DNA of 32,000 bases from Acidovorax sp. FHTAMBA (GCF_038958875.1 NZ_CP152407.1:985640-1017639), one strand, 5' to 3'; positions 23,438 to 32,000 are shown, numbered from the stretch's first letter. A program made the numbers and translations. Notes: generated by a model not told the origin, from the letters alone.

Positions 23438-24606
23438 CAGCCACATCCGACGCGACCCCTGTGAGCAACGAAGACCGCACTGCCCTCACCGACACCGTCA
23501 CCCGCTTTGCCCGCACCGAGATCGCGCCGCATGTGGGCGCGTGGGATGCCGCCGGTGAATTCCCTCGCAGCCTGTACCGCCGCGCGGCCGACCTGGGCCT
23601 GCTGGGCCTGGGCTACCCAGAGCAGTACGGCGGCACGCCCGCCAGCTACGCGCTGCGCCTGCCGCTGTGGCGCGCGCTCAGCCGCCACGGCGCCAGCGGC
23701 GGCGTGCTGGCCAGCCTGCTGTCGCACAACATTGGGCTGCCGCCCGTGCTGGCGCATGGCAGCGATGCGGTGCGGGCCGAGGTCATTCCGTCCGTGTTGG
23801 CAGGCGAGCAGATTGCCGCACTGGCGATTACTGAGCCCGGGGGCGGGTCCGACGTAGCCCAGCTCAAAACCACAGCGCGGCGCGAGGGCGATGAGTACAT
23901 CGTCAACGGCGAAAAGGTGTTCATCACCTCCGGCATGCGCGCGGACTGGATCACGGTGGCTGTGCGCACTGGTGAGCCAGGCAGCAAGGGCAGCGGCGGC
24001 ATATCCATGTTGCTTGTTCCCGGCTCCAGTTCAGGCCTGTCGCGCAGCAAGCTCGACAAGATGGGCTGGCTCTGCTCCGACACCGCCCACCTGCGTTTTG
24101 ACAACGTGCGCGTGCCCGTCCGCTACCTGCTGGGCGAAGAGGGCGCGGGCTTTCGCATCATCATGGCCAACTTCAATGGCGAGCGCTTTGGCCTCGCCGC
24201 GTCGGCCCTGGGCTTTGCCGAGGCCTGCTACGACGAGGCCTTGGCCTGGGCCCGCCAGCGCAAGACCTTTGGCGCCCTGCTGGTGGAGCACCAGGTCATA
24301 CGCCACAAGCTGGTGGACATGCAGATGCGCATCCAGTCCACCGCCGCGTGGTGCGAGTCCGTGGCCGCGCAGGCCGATGCGGGCCGCACCGGCCCCGAGT
24401 GGGTAGCGCAGGTGTGCCTGCTCAAGAACCACGCCACCCAAACCATGCAGTTCTGTGCCGACCAAGCCGTGCAGATCCTGGGCGGCATGGGCTTCATGCG
24501 CGGCACCGTCAGCGAGCGTATCTACCGCGAGGTCAAGGTCATGATGATCGGCGGCGGCGCAGAAGAAATCATGAAAGACCTGGCTGCCAAGCAGCTCGGC
24601 ATTTGA
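23434..24606 (+). CDS. Acyl-CoA dehydrogenase (second ACAD of the cluster)
   Basis: 390 aa from MTATSDATPVSNEDRTAL. AAGGAG at 23421-23426. ATGA overlap with the alpha-subunit stop. ACAD motifs (AITEPGGGSDVAQ, ILGGMGFMRGTVSERIYREVKVMMIGGGAEEIM). Confidence 0.92.
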   Translation: MTATSDATPVSNEDRTALTDTVTRFARTEIAPHVGAWDAAGEFPRSLYRRAADLGLLGLGYPEQYGGTPASYALRLPLWRALSRHGASGGVLASLLSHNIGLPPVLAHGSDAVRAEVIPSVLAGEQIAALAITEPGGGSDVAQLKTTARREGDEYIVNGEKVFITSGMRADWITVAVRTGEPGSKGSGGISMLLVPGSSSGLSRSKLDKMGWLCSDTAHLRFDNVRVPVRYLLGEEGAGFRIIMANFNGERFGLAASALGFAEACYDEALAWARQRKTFGALLVEHQVIRHKLVDMQMRIQSTAAWCESVAAQADAGRTGPEWVAQVCLLKNHATQTMQFCADQAVQILGGMGFMRGTVSERIYREVKVMMIGGGAEEIMKDLAAKQLGI

Positions 24607-24624
24607 AGCAAGGAGACAGGCACC

Positions 24625-25530
24625 ATGCACAGCACCGACCACGGCAACAAAGCCATCATCACCTGCGCCATCACCGGCGTGCTGACGGACCCCGGCCAGC
24701 ACCACGTGCCCGTCACGCCCGAGCAACTGGCAAAAGAGGCCCGTCGCGCCTGCGACGCAGGCGCCGCCGTGGTCCACGTGCACTTTCGCAACCAGGAGCC
24801 CGGCAAGGGCCACCTTCCCAGCTGGGATCCGCAGGTGGCGCGCGACTGCGTGTTGGCCATGCGCGAGGCCTGCCCCGGCCTGATCATCAACCAGACCACC
24901 GGCGTGGTCGGCCCCCACTACCAGGGCCCGCTCGATTGCCTGCGCGCCACCCGCCCCGAGATGGCTGCGTGCAACGCCGGCTCGCTCAACTACCTGAAGG
25001 TGCGCAGCAACGGCACCTGGGCCTGGCCGCCCATGCTGTTCGACAACCAGCCCGCCAAGGTCAAGGACTTCATTGAAGTGATGCTGGAGACCGGCACGTT
25101 GCCCGAGTTCGAATGCTTCGACGTGGGCATCGTGCGCTGCGTGGAGATGTATGTGCAGACCGGCATGTACACCGAGCGCCTGCCCGAATACAACTTCGTG
25201 ATGGGCGTCGAGTCCGGCATGCCTGCGGACCCGGACCTGCTGCCCATTCTGCTCAAGCTCAAGATCAAGGACGCGCCATGGCAAGCCACCGTCATCGGCC
25301 GCAGCGAGATCTGGCCCGTGCACCAGCGCGTGGCCGAGCTGGGCGGGCATTTGCGCACGGGGCTGGAAGATACGTTCTATCTGCCGGATGGGACCAAGGC
25401 GGATTCGAACGGGCCGTTGATCGATAAGCTGGCGCAGTACGCGCGCAACGCGGGGCGGGAGGTGGCTTCGCCGCAGGAGGCGCGGGGGATGTTGGGGTTG
25501 AAGGAGTCAGCGGCTACCGCAGTCCTCTGA
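24625..25530 (+). CDS. BKACE-family enzyme (3-keto-5-aminohexanoate cleavage enzyme-like, DUF849)
   Basis: 301 aa. KAIITCAITGVLTDPGQHHVPVTPEQLAKEARRACDAGAAVVHVHFRN and LRTGLEDTFYLPDG are characteristic of the family. Confidence 0.85.
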   Translation: MHSTDHGNKAIITCAITGVLTDPGQHHVPVTPEQLAKEARRACDAGAAVVHVHFRNQEPGKGHLPSWDPQVARDCVLAMREACPGLIINQTTGVVGPHYQGPLDCLRATRPEMAACNAGSLNYLKVRSNGTWAWPPMLFDNQPAKVKDFIEVMLETGTLPEFECFDVGIVRCVEMYVQTGMYTERLPEYNFVMGVESGMPADPDLLPILLKLKIKDAPWQATVIGRSEIWPVHQRVAELGGHLRTGLEDTFYLPDGTKADSNGPLIDKLAQYARNAGREVASPQEARGMLGLKESAATAVL

Positions 25531-25567
25531 TCCCCTCCGCGTGGAAGTGGTCAGCTCTTTCTGCATC

Positions 25568-25640
25568 GGATCCTTGCAAATTGATCGCTTAGTATTCGGG
25601 CTGTATGCGCTATGGGCAAGCGCTGATAGCTATAAAAGGA
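25568..25640. repeat. AT-rich dyad repeat, copy E (intergenic, at the left edge of the low-G+C islet)
   Basis: ggatccttgcaaattgatcgcttagtattcgggctgtatgcgctatgggcaagcgctgatagctataaaagg. The dyad gcgct-atgggca-agcgc and the flanks resemble the other copies, though more loosely. Confidence 0.55.
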
Positions 25641-25661
25641 GGAGTGAATTCCCCGCAGGGG

Positions 25662-25702
25662 TTGATCGCACGGATTGAAGAAAATATACTTGTACGTATA
25701 AG
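25662..25702 (+). promoter_or_regulatory. Candidate sigma70 promoter(s) and quasi-palindromic operator for vapBC
   Basis: TTGATC (25662-25667), 17 nt, TATACT (25685-25690). Alternatively TTGAAG (25675-25680), 16 nt, TATAAG (25697-25702). The quasi-palindrome tatacttgtacgtata at 25685-25700 overlaps both. AAGGAG at 25712-25717 precedes the vapB ATG. Confidence 0.45.
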
Positions 25703-25723
25703 TGTTTGGCAAAGGAGTTCGTC

Positions 25724-25951
25724 ATGTCCCAAATCACTCTTTACCTGGACGATGCAACCCAAGCCCTGGTTGATCAGGCTGCACAGGCCAACGGTGTGTC
25801 TAAAAGCCGGTGGGTCGCGGACATCATCCGCAAGTACGCATCCCACGAGTGGCCGCAAGATTGCTTGAACCTTGCGGGCCGCTTTGCTGACTTCCCTTTG
25901 CGAGAACAGGGCTCTGACCAACCTGCGGATGTACCAAGGGTGGGCTTTTGA
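25724..25951 (+). CDS. vapB: Type II antitoxin, VapB-like (ribbon-helix-helix type)
   Basis: 75 aa. MSQITLYLDDATQALVDQAAQANGVSKSRWVADIIRKY has an RHH-like N-terminus. It lies immediately upstream of, and overlaps, a PIN toxin gene. Strong RBS. Confidence 0.8.
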   Translation: MSQITLYLDDATQALVDQAAQANGVSKSRWVADIIRKYASHEWPQDCLNLAGRFADFPLREQGSDQPADVPRVGF

Positions 25952-25953
25952 GC

Positions 25954-26358
25954 ATGTTGGTTCTCGATAGCAACACCATCAGCTACTACTTCCGTGGCGA
26001 CCCTTTGGTGGTACCGCGCATGCAGGCGCTGAAGCCTGTGGAGGTTGGCGTGCCCGCCATCGTTGAATATGAACTGCGGTATGGACTAATGCGCTTGCCG
26101 CCAGAGGCTGCAGCGCCACGGTTTGCCGCATTGGCCCAGCTGCTACAGCCCGTGCAGGTGCTTCCTTTTGACAGCGAATGCGCCGCGCATGCTGCACGGA
26201 TTCGAGCTGAACTCGAGTCGGTGGGAACGCCCATTGGTCCGCACGACACTCTGATCGCTGCAACGGCATTACGCCATCAGGCCACATTGGTGACGCGCAA
26301 TGTGCGGGAGTTTTCGCGGGTGCCGGGGTTGCAGTGGGTGGATTGGCATGCCCGTTAG
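25954..26358 (+). CDS. vapC: Type II toxin, PIN-domain ribonuclease VapC
   Basis: MLVLDSNTISYYF (first acidic residue), VPAIVEYELRYG, PIGPHDTLIAATALRHQATLVTRNVREF (PIN D...T.N motif). The start is ATG 25954, or TTG 25948 overlapping the vapB stop. Confidence 0.88.
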   Translation: MLVLDSNTISYYFRGDPLVVPRMQALKPVEVGVPAIVEYELRYGLMRLPPEAAAPRFAALAQLLQPVQVLPFDSECAAHAARIRAELESVGTPIGPHDTLIAATALRHQATLVTRNVREFSRVPGLQWVDWHAR

Positions 26359-27323
26359 AGATTTTTCTTCTGAGCAAGCTAGGCATGAGCTACGGGAGCT
26401 TGTTGGCTATGAAGACTGGCTTCTCCACTCTGTTTACAAGCTGACTGAGGATGAGCTCTTTCCCGAATGGCCAGATGCCGTTGTGTACGACGCAGACACT
26501 AAATCTTCAATAGTCAGGAATTTTGGCCGGGGGAATGTAGTGCTGTTTGATTGGCGCCCAGGCTTCCTCCAAGTCGCGCCACCGCTGGTCTTTGTTGCTT
26601 CTTTCAAATTGCTCGATATGTTGTTCGAGTGGGTTCTCAAGGGGAACGGCCAGCCCGCAGAGTTCCGCTTTAAGGGGAAGATCAAGCAACTAGCCTCGCC
26701 AGGCCTTGTATACCCATCCGTCCTGCATGCCCGGCCATGGTTGGTGGCCGCTCTAATACAAGTGTTCTGAGCCGCTGCGCGGAACCATCATTCACTCTCG
26801 CCACTTTGATTCGTCGAATGGGGGATTGCGGATCGCAAGCTCAAAGAATGAGGTAATTGGCGAGCGCATTGATCTCAGTGCGGAGGACCTGCGCACATAT
26901 GCGCAGCTCTCGGTGTCGGTGCTCAAGTATCTGCACGGTGATTGGCATTTGGATGCCCATCGCGAGAAATGCCTGCGTTGGCAAATCGACGCGCTTCAAA
27001 AATTGCACAGGTTGGAGCCGTTGGGGCAAGCGCAGCCTCGTCATATGTGCGTCCGGTGGAACACACGCGATCCCAACCTACGAATCGTTGATGTCCCTCG
27101 CTTACAAAGAGACATCTTGGAACGCAACCCTGGCCAAGATGTCACTTTCGACCTGAGGATCGTCATCACCGACGATGAGAGGAATTCCCCACGCGCCTAT
27201 CTCATCCCTTGTGAAGTCCTGCCGAGGTTGGACTCGCTCCTTGAAGAGCGATGGTCAGATTACATCAGTCCGATTCCCGACGAGACCGAAGTAGCTGCGT
27301 CAATTCAAAAAGTGGGACAGTAG
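26348..27323 (+). pseudogene. Orphan hypothetical gene, apparently one roughly 325-codon gene split by a frameshift at about 26757-26770
   Basis: ORF 26348-26770 (MPVRDFSSEQ...PWLVAALIQVF*). The next frame is open from 26757 (YKCSEPLRGTIIHSRHFDSSNGGLRIASSKNE...) to 27323, and its only start is a TTG at 26826 with no spaced RBS. Low G+C. The ATG overlaps the vapC 3' end by 11 nt, and GGGTGGA lies 5 nt upstream. Confidence 0.5.
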
Positions 27324-29476
27324 CGTTTTATTGCGGCACTGGTTTCACCTTCGACGTTGAATCCGGCACCGTACCTAGCCGCCAGTTCATCCGCTCGCTG
27401 CAAGAACGCTTCCAGGCCCGTCCCATAGATAAACTGCATCGCCCCCCCCGTCCACGCCGGAAACCCAATCCCAAAGATCGACCCAATGTTCGCGTCATGC
27501 ACGCTGGTCAGTACGCCCTCGGCCAGGCAGCGCGCGGTCTCGATCGCTTGGCGGTAGAGCAGACGGTCCTGAATCTCCTGCACGCTCCATTCCACACCGG
27601 GTTTTTCGAACAGCGTTTTCAACTCCGGCCACAGGTGCTTCTTGGCGCCTGCGGGGTAGTCATAAAAGCCGCCGCCACCTGCGCGGCCTGGGCGCTTCAG
27701 CTCCTTGACCATGTGCTCCACCAGCAGCTCGCCGGGTGTGGCGTTATAAGTCTTGCCTTCGGCCGCGTAGTCGGCGCGGGTCTGGTCCAGCACGTGCACG
27801 CTCAGGGTCAGCGCGGTTTCGTCCAGCACGGCCAGCGGGCCCACGGGCAGGCCGGCTTGCATGGCGGCGTTTTCAATCGCGGCGGCGGGGATGCCTTCGC
27901 CCAGCATGGCGGCGCCTTCCATCACAAAGGTGCCAAAGGTGCGGCTGGTGTAAAAGCCGCGTGAGTCGTTGACCACGATGGGCACCTTGCCCAGGGCCTG
28001 CACGTAGTCGAACGCGCGTGCCACGGTCTCGTCATCGGTCTGCTTGCCTCGGATGATCTCCACCAGCTTCATCTTGTCCACGGGGCTGAAGAAGTGGATG
28101 CCGACGAACTTCTTGGGCCGACTGCTGGCCGTGGCCAGGCCGCTGATGGGCAGGGTGGAGGTGTTGCTGGCAAAGAAGCCGCCGGGTGCCAATTGCGGCT
28201 CGGCCTCTTGCGTCACCTTGGCCTTGAGGTCGCGGCTTTCAAACACGGCTTCGATGATGAGATCGCAGCCCGCCAGGTCGGCCGCGCTGGCGGTGGGCGT
28301 GATGCGGGCCAGCAGCGCTTGCTGCGCCTCGGCCGTCATGCGGCCTTTATCCACGCGGGCCTGGGTGAGTTTGGCGCTGTAGGCCTTGCCGGCCTCGGCC
28401 TTCTCGGTGCTCACGTCCTTGAGCACCGTGGCGATGCCCCGGCTGGCCTGGGCCCAGGCGATGCCTGCACCCATCATGCCAGCGCCCAGGATGCCAACCT
28501 TCTGCGGCTTGTAGCGTGGGGCCGTGCCTGGACGTGACTTGCCGCTCTTGATCGCGTTCATGTCGAAGAAGAACGTGTTGATCATGTTGCGCGCCACGGG
28601 GCCGGTCATCAGGCGGGCGAGGTAGCGGCTTTCGATGCGCAGGGCGGTGTCATAGTCCACCATGGCGCCTTCGACCATGGCCGCCAGCGCAGCCTCGGGC
28701 GCGGGGTAGCGGCCGCGCGTGGTCTTCTTGAGCATGGCGGGCGCCACTGTCAGCGCGCCTGCAATCTTGGGGTTGGCGGGCGTGCCGCCAGGCATCTTGT
28801 AGTTCTTGTCGTCCCACGGCTGCACGGCGTGCGGGTGGGTGGCGATGTGGGCCAGGGCTGCTGGCAGCAGTTGCTCGTGGGTAGCCACCAGTTCGTGCAC
28901 CAGTTGCAGCTCCAGCGCCTCGGCGGGGTTGAAGAGCTTGCCTTCCAGGATGTAGGGCTGCGCGCCCATCAGGCCCAGCAGGCGCGTCATCTTGGTCACG
29001 CCGGTGGCACCGGGCATCAGGCCCAGCGTGACCTCAGGCAGGCCAAACTGGATCTTGGCGTCGGCCACGGCAATGCGGTAGTGGGCGACCAGCGCCACCT
29101 CCCATCCGCCGCCCAGCGCCGCGCCGTTGAGGCAGGCCACCACGGGGATACCCAGGGTTTCGAGCGTGCGGAAGTGCTTCTTCATGCGCTCGATTTCGCC
29201 AAACGCGTTGGGCGCATCGGCGGGCGTGAGGCGCATGGTGGCCTTGAGGTCGGCCCCGGCAAAGAAGCTGGTCTTGGCCGATGCGAGCACGATGCCCTTG
29301 AGCGCGGCGCCCAGGCGTTCGCGGTCGCCCAGCACCTGGGCGGTGACCTCGCCCAGCTCTTGCTGCCACTGGCGGCACATGGTGTTGACGGGGGAGTTGG
29401 TTTCGTCAAAGGTGATGACGGCGACCTGGCCTTCGGTGCCCTGGGCGGGGATGAGTTCGTAGCGGATGGTTTGCAT
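27305..29476 (-). CDS. Fatty-acid oxidation multifunctional protein: enoyl-CoA hydratase (N-terminal) / 3-hydroxyacyl-CoA dehydrogenase (C-terminal), FadB/FadJ type
   Basis: 723 aa. Crotonase motif VVACLNGAALGGGWEVALVAHYRIA, then Rossmann KVGILGAGMMGAGIAWA and a 3HCDH C-terminal region. Confidence 0.93.
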   Translation of the reverse strand: MQTIRYELIPAQGTEGQVAVITFDETNSPVNTMCRQWQQELGEVTAQVLGDRERLGAALKGIVLASAKTSFFAGADLKATMRLTPADAPNAFGEIERMKKHFRTLETLGIPVVACLNGAALGGGWEVALVAHYRIAVADAKIQFGLPEVTLGLMPGATGVTKMTRLLGLMGAQPYILEGKLFNPAEALELQLVHELVATHEQLLPAALAHIATHPHAVQPWDDKNYKMPGGTPANPKIAGALTVAPAMLKKTTRGRYPAPEAALAAMVEGAMVDYDTALRIESRYLARLMTGPVARNMINTFFFDMNAIKSGKSRPGTAPRYKPQKVGILGAGMMGAGIAWAQASRGIATVLKDVSTEKAEAGKAYSAKLTQARVDKGRMTAEAQQALLARITPTASAADLAGCDLIIEAVFESRDLKAKVTQEAEPQLAPGGFFASNTSTLPISGLATASSRPKKFVGIHFFSPVDKMKLVEIIRGKQTDDETVARAFDYVQALGKVPIVVNDSRGFYTSRTFGTFVMEGAAMLGEGIPAAAIENAAMQAGLPVGPLAVLDETALTLSVHVLDQTRADYAAEGKTYNATPGELLVEHMVKELKRPGRAGGGGFYDYPAGAKKHLWPELKTLFEKPGVEWSVQEIQDRLLYRQAIETARCLAEGVLTSVHDANIGSIFGIGFPAWTGGAMQFIYGTGLEAFLQRADELAARYGAGFNVEGETSAAIKRYCPTF

Positions 29477-29540
29477 GTGTTTGTCTCCTGATGCAGTGTT
29501 CTTGCGGCGATGTCAGGCGGCTCGACGAGCGATGTGCCCC

Positions 29541-29694
29541 GGCTTCGACAGGCTCAGCCCGAACGGATGGGGGAGGGGCGCGGCGTCAGCCTCTCCACTG
29601 TCCGTTCGGCCTGAGCTTGTCGAAGGCCTGCGCGCAGTGAGCCTGTCTGAAGGTTGTCTGAATGCCTTGGCTTCGACAAGCTCAGCCCGAACGG
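29541..29694. repeat. Three REP-type units in alternating orientation in the thiolase/FadB intercistronic spacer
   Basis: 29541-29566 ggcttcgacaggctcagcccgaacgg; 29602-29628 ccgttcggcctgagcttgtcgaaggcc; 29669-29694 ggcttcgacaagctcagcccgaacgg. Confidence 0.88.
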
Positions 29695-29735
29695 GTTTTG
29701 GGGATGGGCAAGGTGCACGGGGGGCGGAAGTGGGG

Positions 29736-30941
<1,206 letters not shown>

Positions 30942-31086
30942 GAATGGTCTCCGGTGGTTTCTCTAAACTTCAAGCAGTGCGGCGGTAAAGCAGCTGGGCT
31001 GGCTCACGCCACTACAAGGTGCTTTCTGACGCGGGTGCAGTGGTTTTTGCACTATCTTTCGACGGTTGTTATCTACATTTCTGGCT

Positions 31087-31389
31087 ATGGAACGAAATAC
31101 ATCCCCTGCATTGCAGCGCATCGCTCGCAGCGCCATCGAATACGACGACACGCGCGAAGGGTTTGCGCTGGAGCACCATGTCGTGCTGGCTGCATCCAGT
31201 GCGCTGGCGGTGGCGGCCTTCATGGCGCCCAGCCCCAGCTCAGCGGCCATTCGCGGCATTGGCGCAGGCTTGCTGCTGATGCGTGCGCTGAGTGGCAGCC
31301 AGGGTGTGCGCTCCTGGCTGAATGTCACCGACCGCCGCCCCGGTGCGCCGCTCAGCCCCGAAGAGGCCCGCGCCGCCTGGTATCTGTAG
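31087..31389 (+). CDS. Hypothetical small protein (possible membrane protein)
   Basis: 100 aa from MERNTSPALQRIARS, with hydrophobic stretches VVLAASSALAVAAFMAP and GIGAGLLLMRAL. No family recognised. The competing overlapping ORFs have worse composition. Confidence 0.4.
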   Translation: MERNTSPALQRIARSAIEYDDTREGFALEHHVVLAASSALAVAAFMAPSPSSAAIRGIGAGLLLMRALSGSQGVRSWLNVTDRRPGAPLSPEEARAAWYL

Positions 31390-31443
31390 GGAAATTCGGC
31401 GCCCGCGGATACCCATTCGCCTTCTAGCCGAAGAAGCCGATCA

Positions 31444-31496
31444 CGCTGAGCTTGTCGAAGCGCCGCGCGGGGCTTCGACAAGCTCAGCCTGAACGG
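31444..31496. repeat. Tight REP-type inverted pair between convergent genes (bidirectional terminator-like hairpin)
   Basis: gctgagcttgtcgaagc / gcttcgacaagctcagc form a 17-bp perfect stem around the loop gccgcgcgg. It lies between the stop at 31389 (+) and the stop at 31572 (-). Confidence 0.8.
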
Positions 31497-31571
31497 TAGG
31501 GGATGGCCGAACGCGAGGTCGAGGGCGCCAAGCTTAGTGCAGGGCTTGTTCACGTTGTCTTGCGCGTTGTG

Positions 31572-32000
31572 CTACTTGCCCAGGCCCATGGCCCGCGCAA
31601 TCACTTCTTTCATGATTTCGTTGGTGCCGCCATAAATGCGCTGCACGCGTGCGTCGGCATAGGCGCGGGTGATGGGGTATTCCCACATGTAGCCATAGCC
31701 GCCAAACAGCTGCACACATTCGTCCATCACCTTGCACTGCAGGTCGGTCGTCCAGTACTTGGCCATGCTGGCGGTTTCGGTGTCGAGCTGATCGCGCACG
31801 ATCAGCTCACAGCATTTGTCCACGAACACGCGGGCCACCTGCACCTGCGTTTGCAGCTCGGCCAGGGTGTGGCGGGTGTTTTGAAATGACGCCACGCTCT
31901 GGCCAAAGACCTTGCGCTGCTTGACGTAGTCCAGCGTCCAGTCAATGGCGGCCTGGGCGGCGGCCACGGCGGTGATGGCGATCTGGAGGCGCTCCCAGGG
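31572..32000 (-). CDS. Acyl-CoA dehydrogenase, C-terminal part (5' end outside window)
   Basis: Open to the window edge. ...AIDWTLDYVKQRKVFGQSVASFQNTRHTLAEL...QLFGGYGYMWEYPITRAYADARVQRIYGGTNEIMKEVIARAMGL is a typical ACAD C-terminal domain. Confidence 0.9.
   Translation of the reverse strand, partial: PWERLQIAITAVAAAQAAIDWTLDYVKQRKVFGQSVASFQNTRHTLAELQTQVQVARVFVDKCCELIVRDQLDTETASMAKYWTTDLQCKVMDECVQLFGGYGYMWEYPITRAYADARVQRIYGGTNEIMKEVIARAMGLGK

Noticed and set aside
25605-25921. 87-aa plus-strand and 103-aa minus-strand ORFs overlapping the vapB region.
   Set aside because: They overlap the repeat copy E and the well-supported vapB gene, and they have no RBS.
26762-26771. Programmed +1 frameshift at UUC UGA G joining the two halves of the orphan gene (same geometry as prfB).
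   Set aside because: Skipping the U of UGA does enter the downstream frame. However, tRNA-Phe cannot re-pair on UCU, and there is no Shine-Dalgarno-like stimulator 3 nt upstream. A mutation or sequencing error is simpler.
25540-27370. Classical mobile element (IS, integrative island) for the low-G+C islet.
   Set aside because: No transposase, integrase, tRNA target or terminal inverted/direct repeats could be found by eye. It is reported only as a compositional islet.

Overview
High-G+C chromosomal segment. Hand counts give 41/60 G+C at 17001-17060 but only 28/60 at 26401-26460. The proteins and dispersed repeats look beta-proteobacterial (Burkholderiales/Comamonadaceae-like), which is an inference. 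Almost all genes concern acyl-CoA metabolism. Order from the left: an OmpR-type response regulator and sensor kinase, then slmA. Next is a TetR (FadP-like) regulator with a beta-oxidation operon: a 598-aa acyl-CoA dehydrogenase, a DUF2147 protein, an 800-aa dehydrogenase/hydratase, a hotdog protein, a thiolase, an alpha/beta hydrolase, a thioesterase and an enoyl-CoA hydratase. A 1.09-kb noncoding, repeat-dense gap follows and contains a 686-bp imperfect palindrome. Then comes an Atu/Liu-like biotin-dependent acyl-CoA carboxylase cluster: TetR, SDR, carboxyltransferase, a frameshifted AlkD-like gene, ACAD, hydratase, biotin carboxylase/BCCP, a second ACAD and a BKACE enzyme. A roughly 1.8-kb low-G+C islet follows, carrying vapBC and a split orphan gene. 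On the minus strand lie a thiolase plus a 723-aa hydratase/dehydrogenase operon, a small hypothetical gene and a partial ACAD. No tRNA, rRNA, CRISPR array, transposase or integrase was seen. The points most worth a second look: (1) a 64-72 bp AT-rich dyad repeat family that sits in-frame inside three coding regions; (2) the 686-bp palindrome, whose arms carry a hairpin preserved by compensatory changes; (3) a 113-bp partial duplication that creates a doubly ATGA-coupled 38-codon mini-ORF in front of the carboxylase alpha subunit; (4) the vapBC plus orphan-gene islet. All family assignments rest on motif recognition by eye, and no database search was possible.
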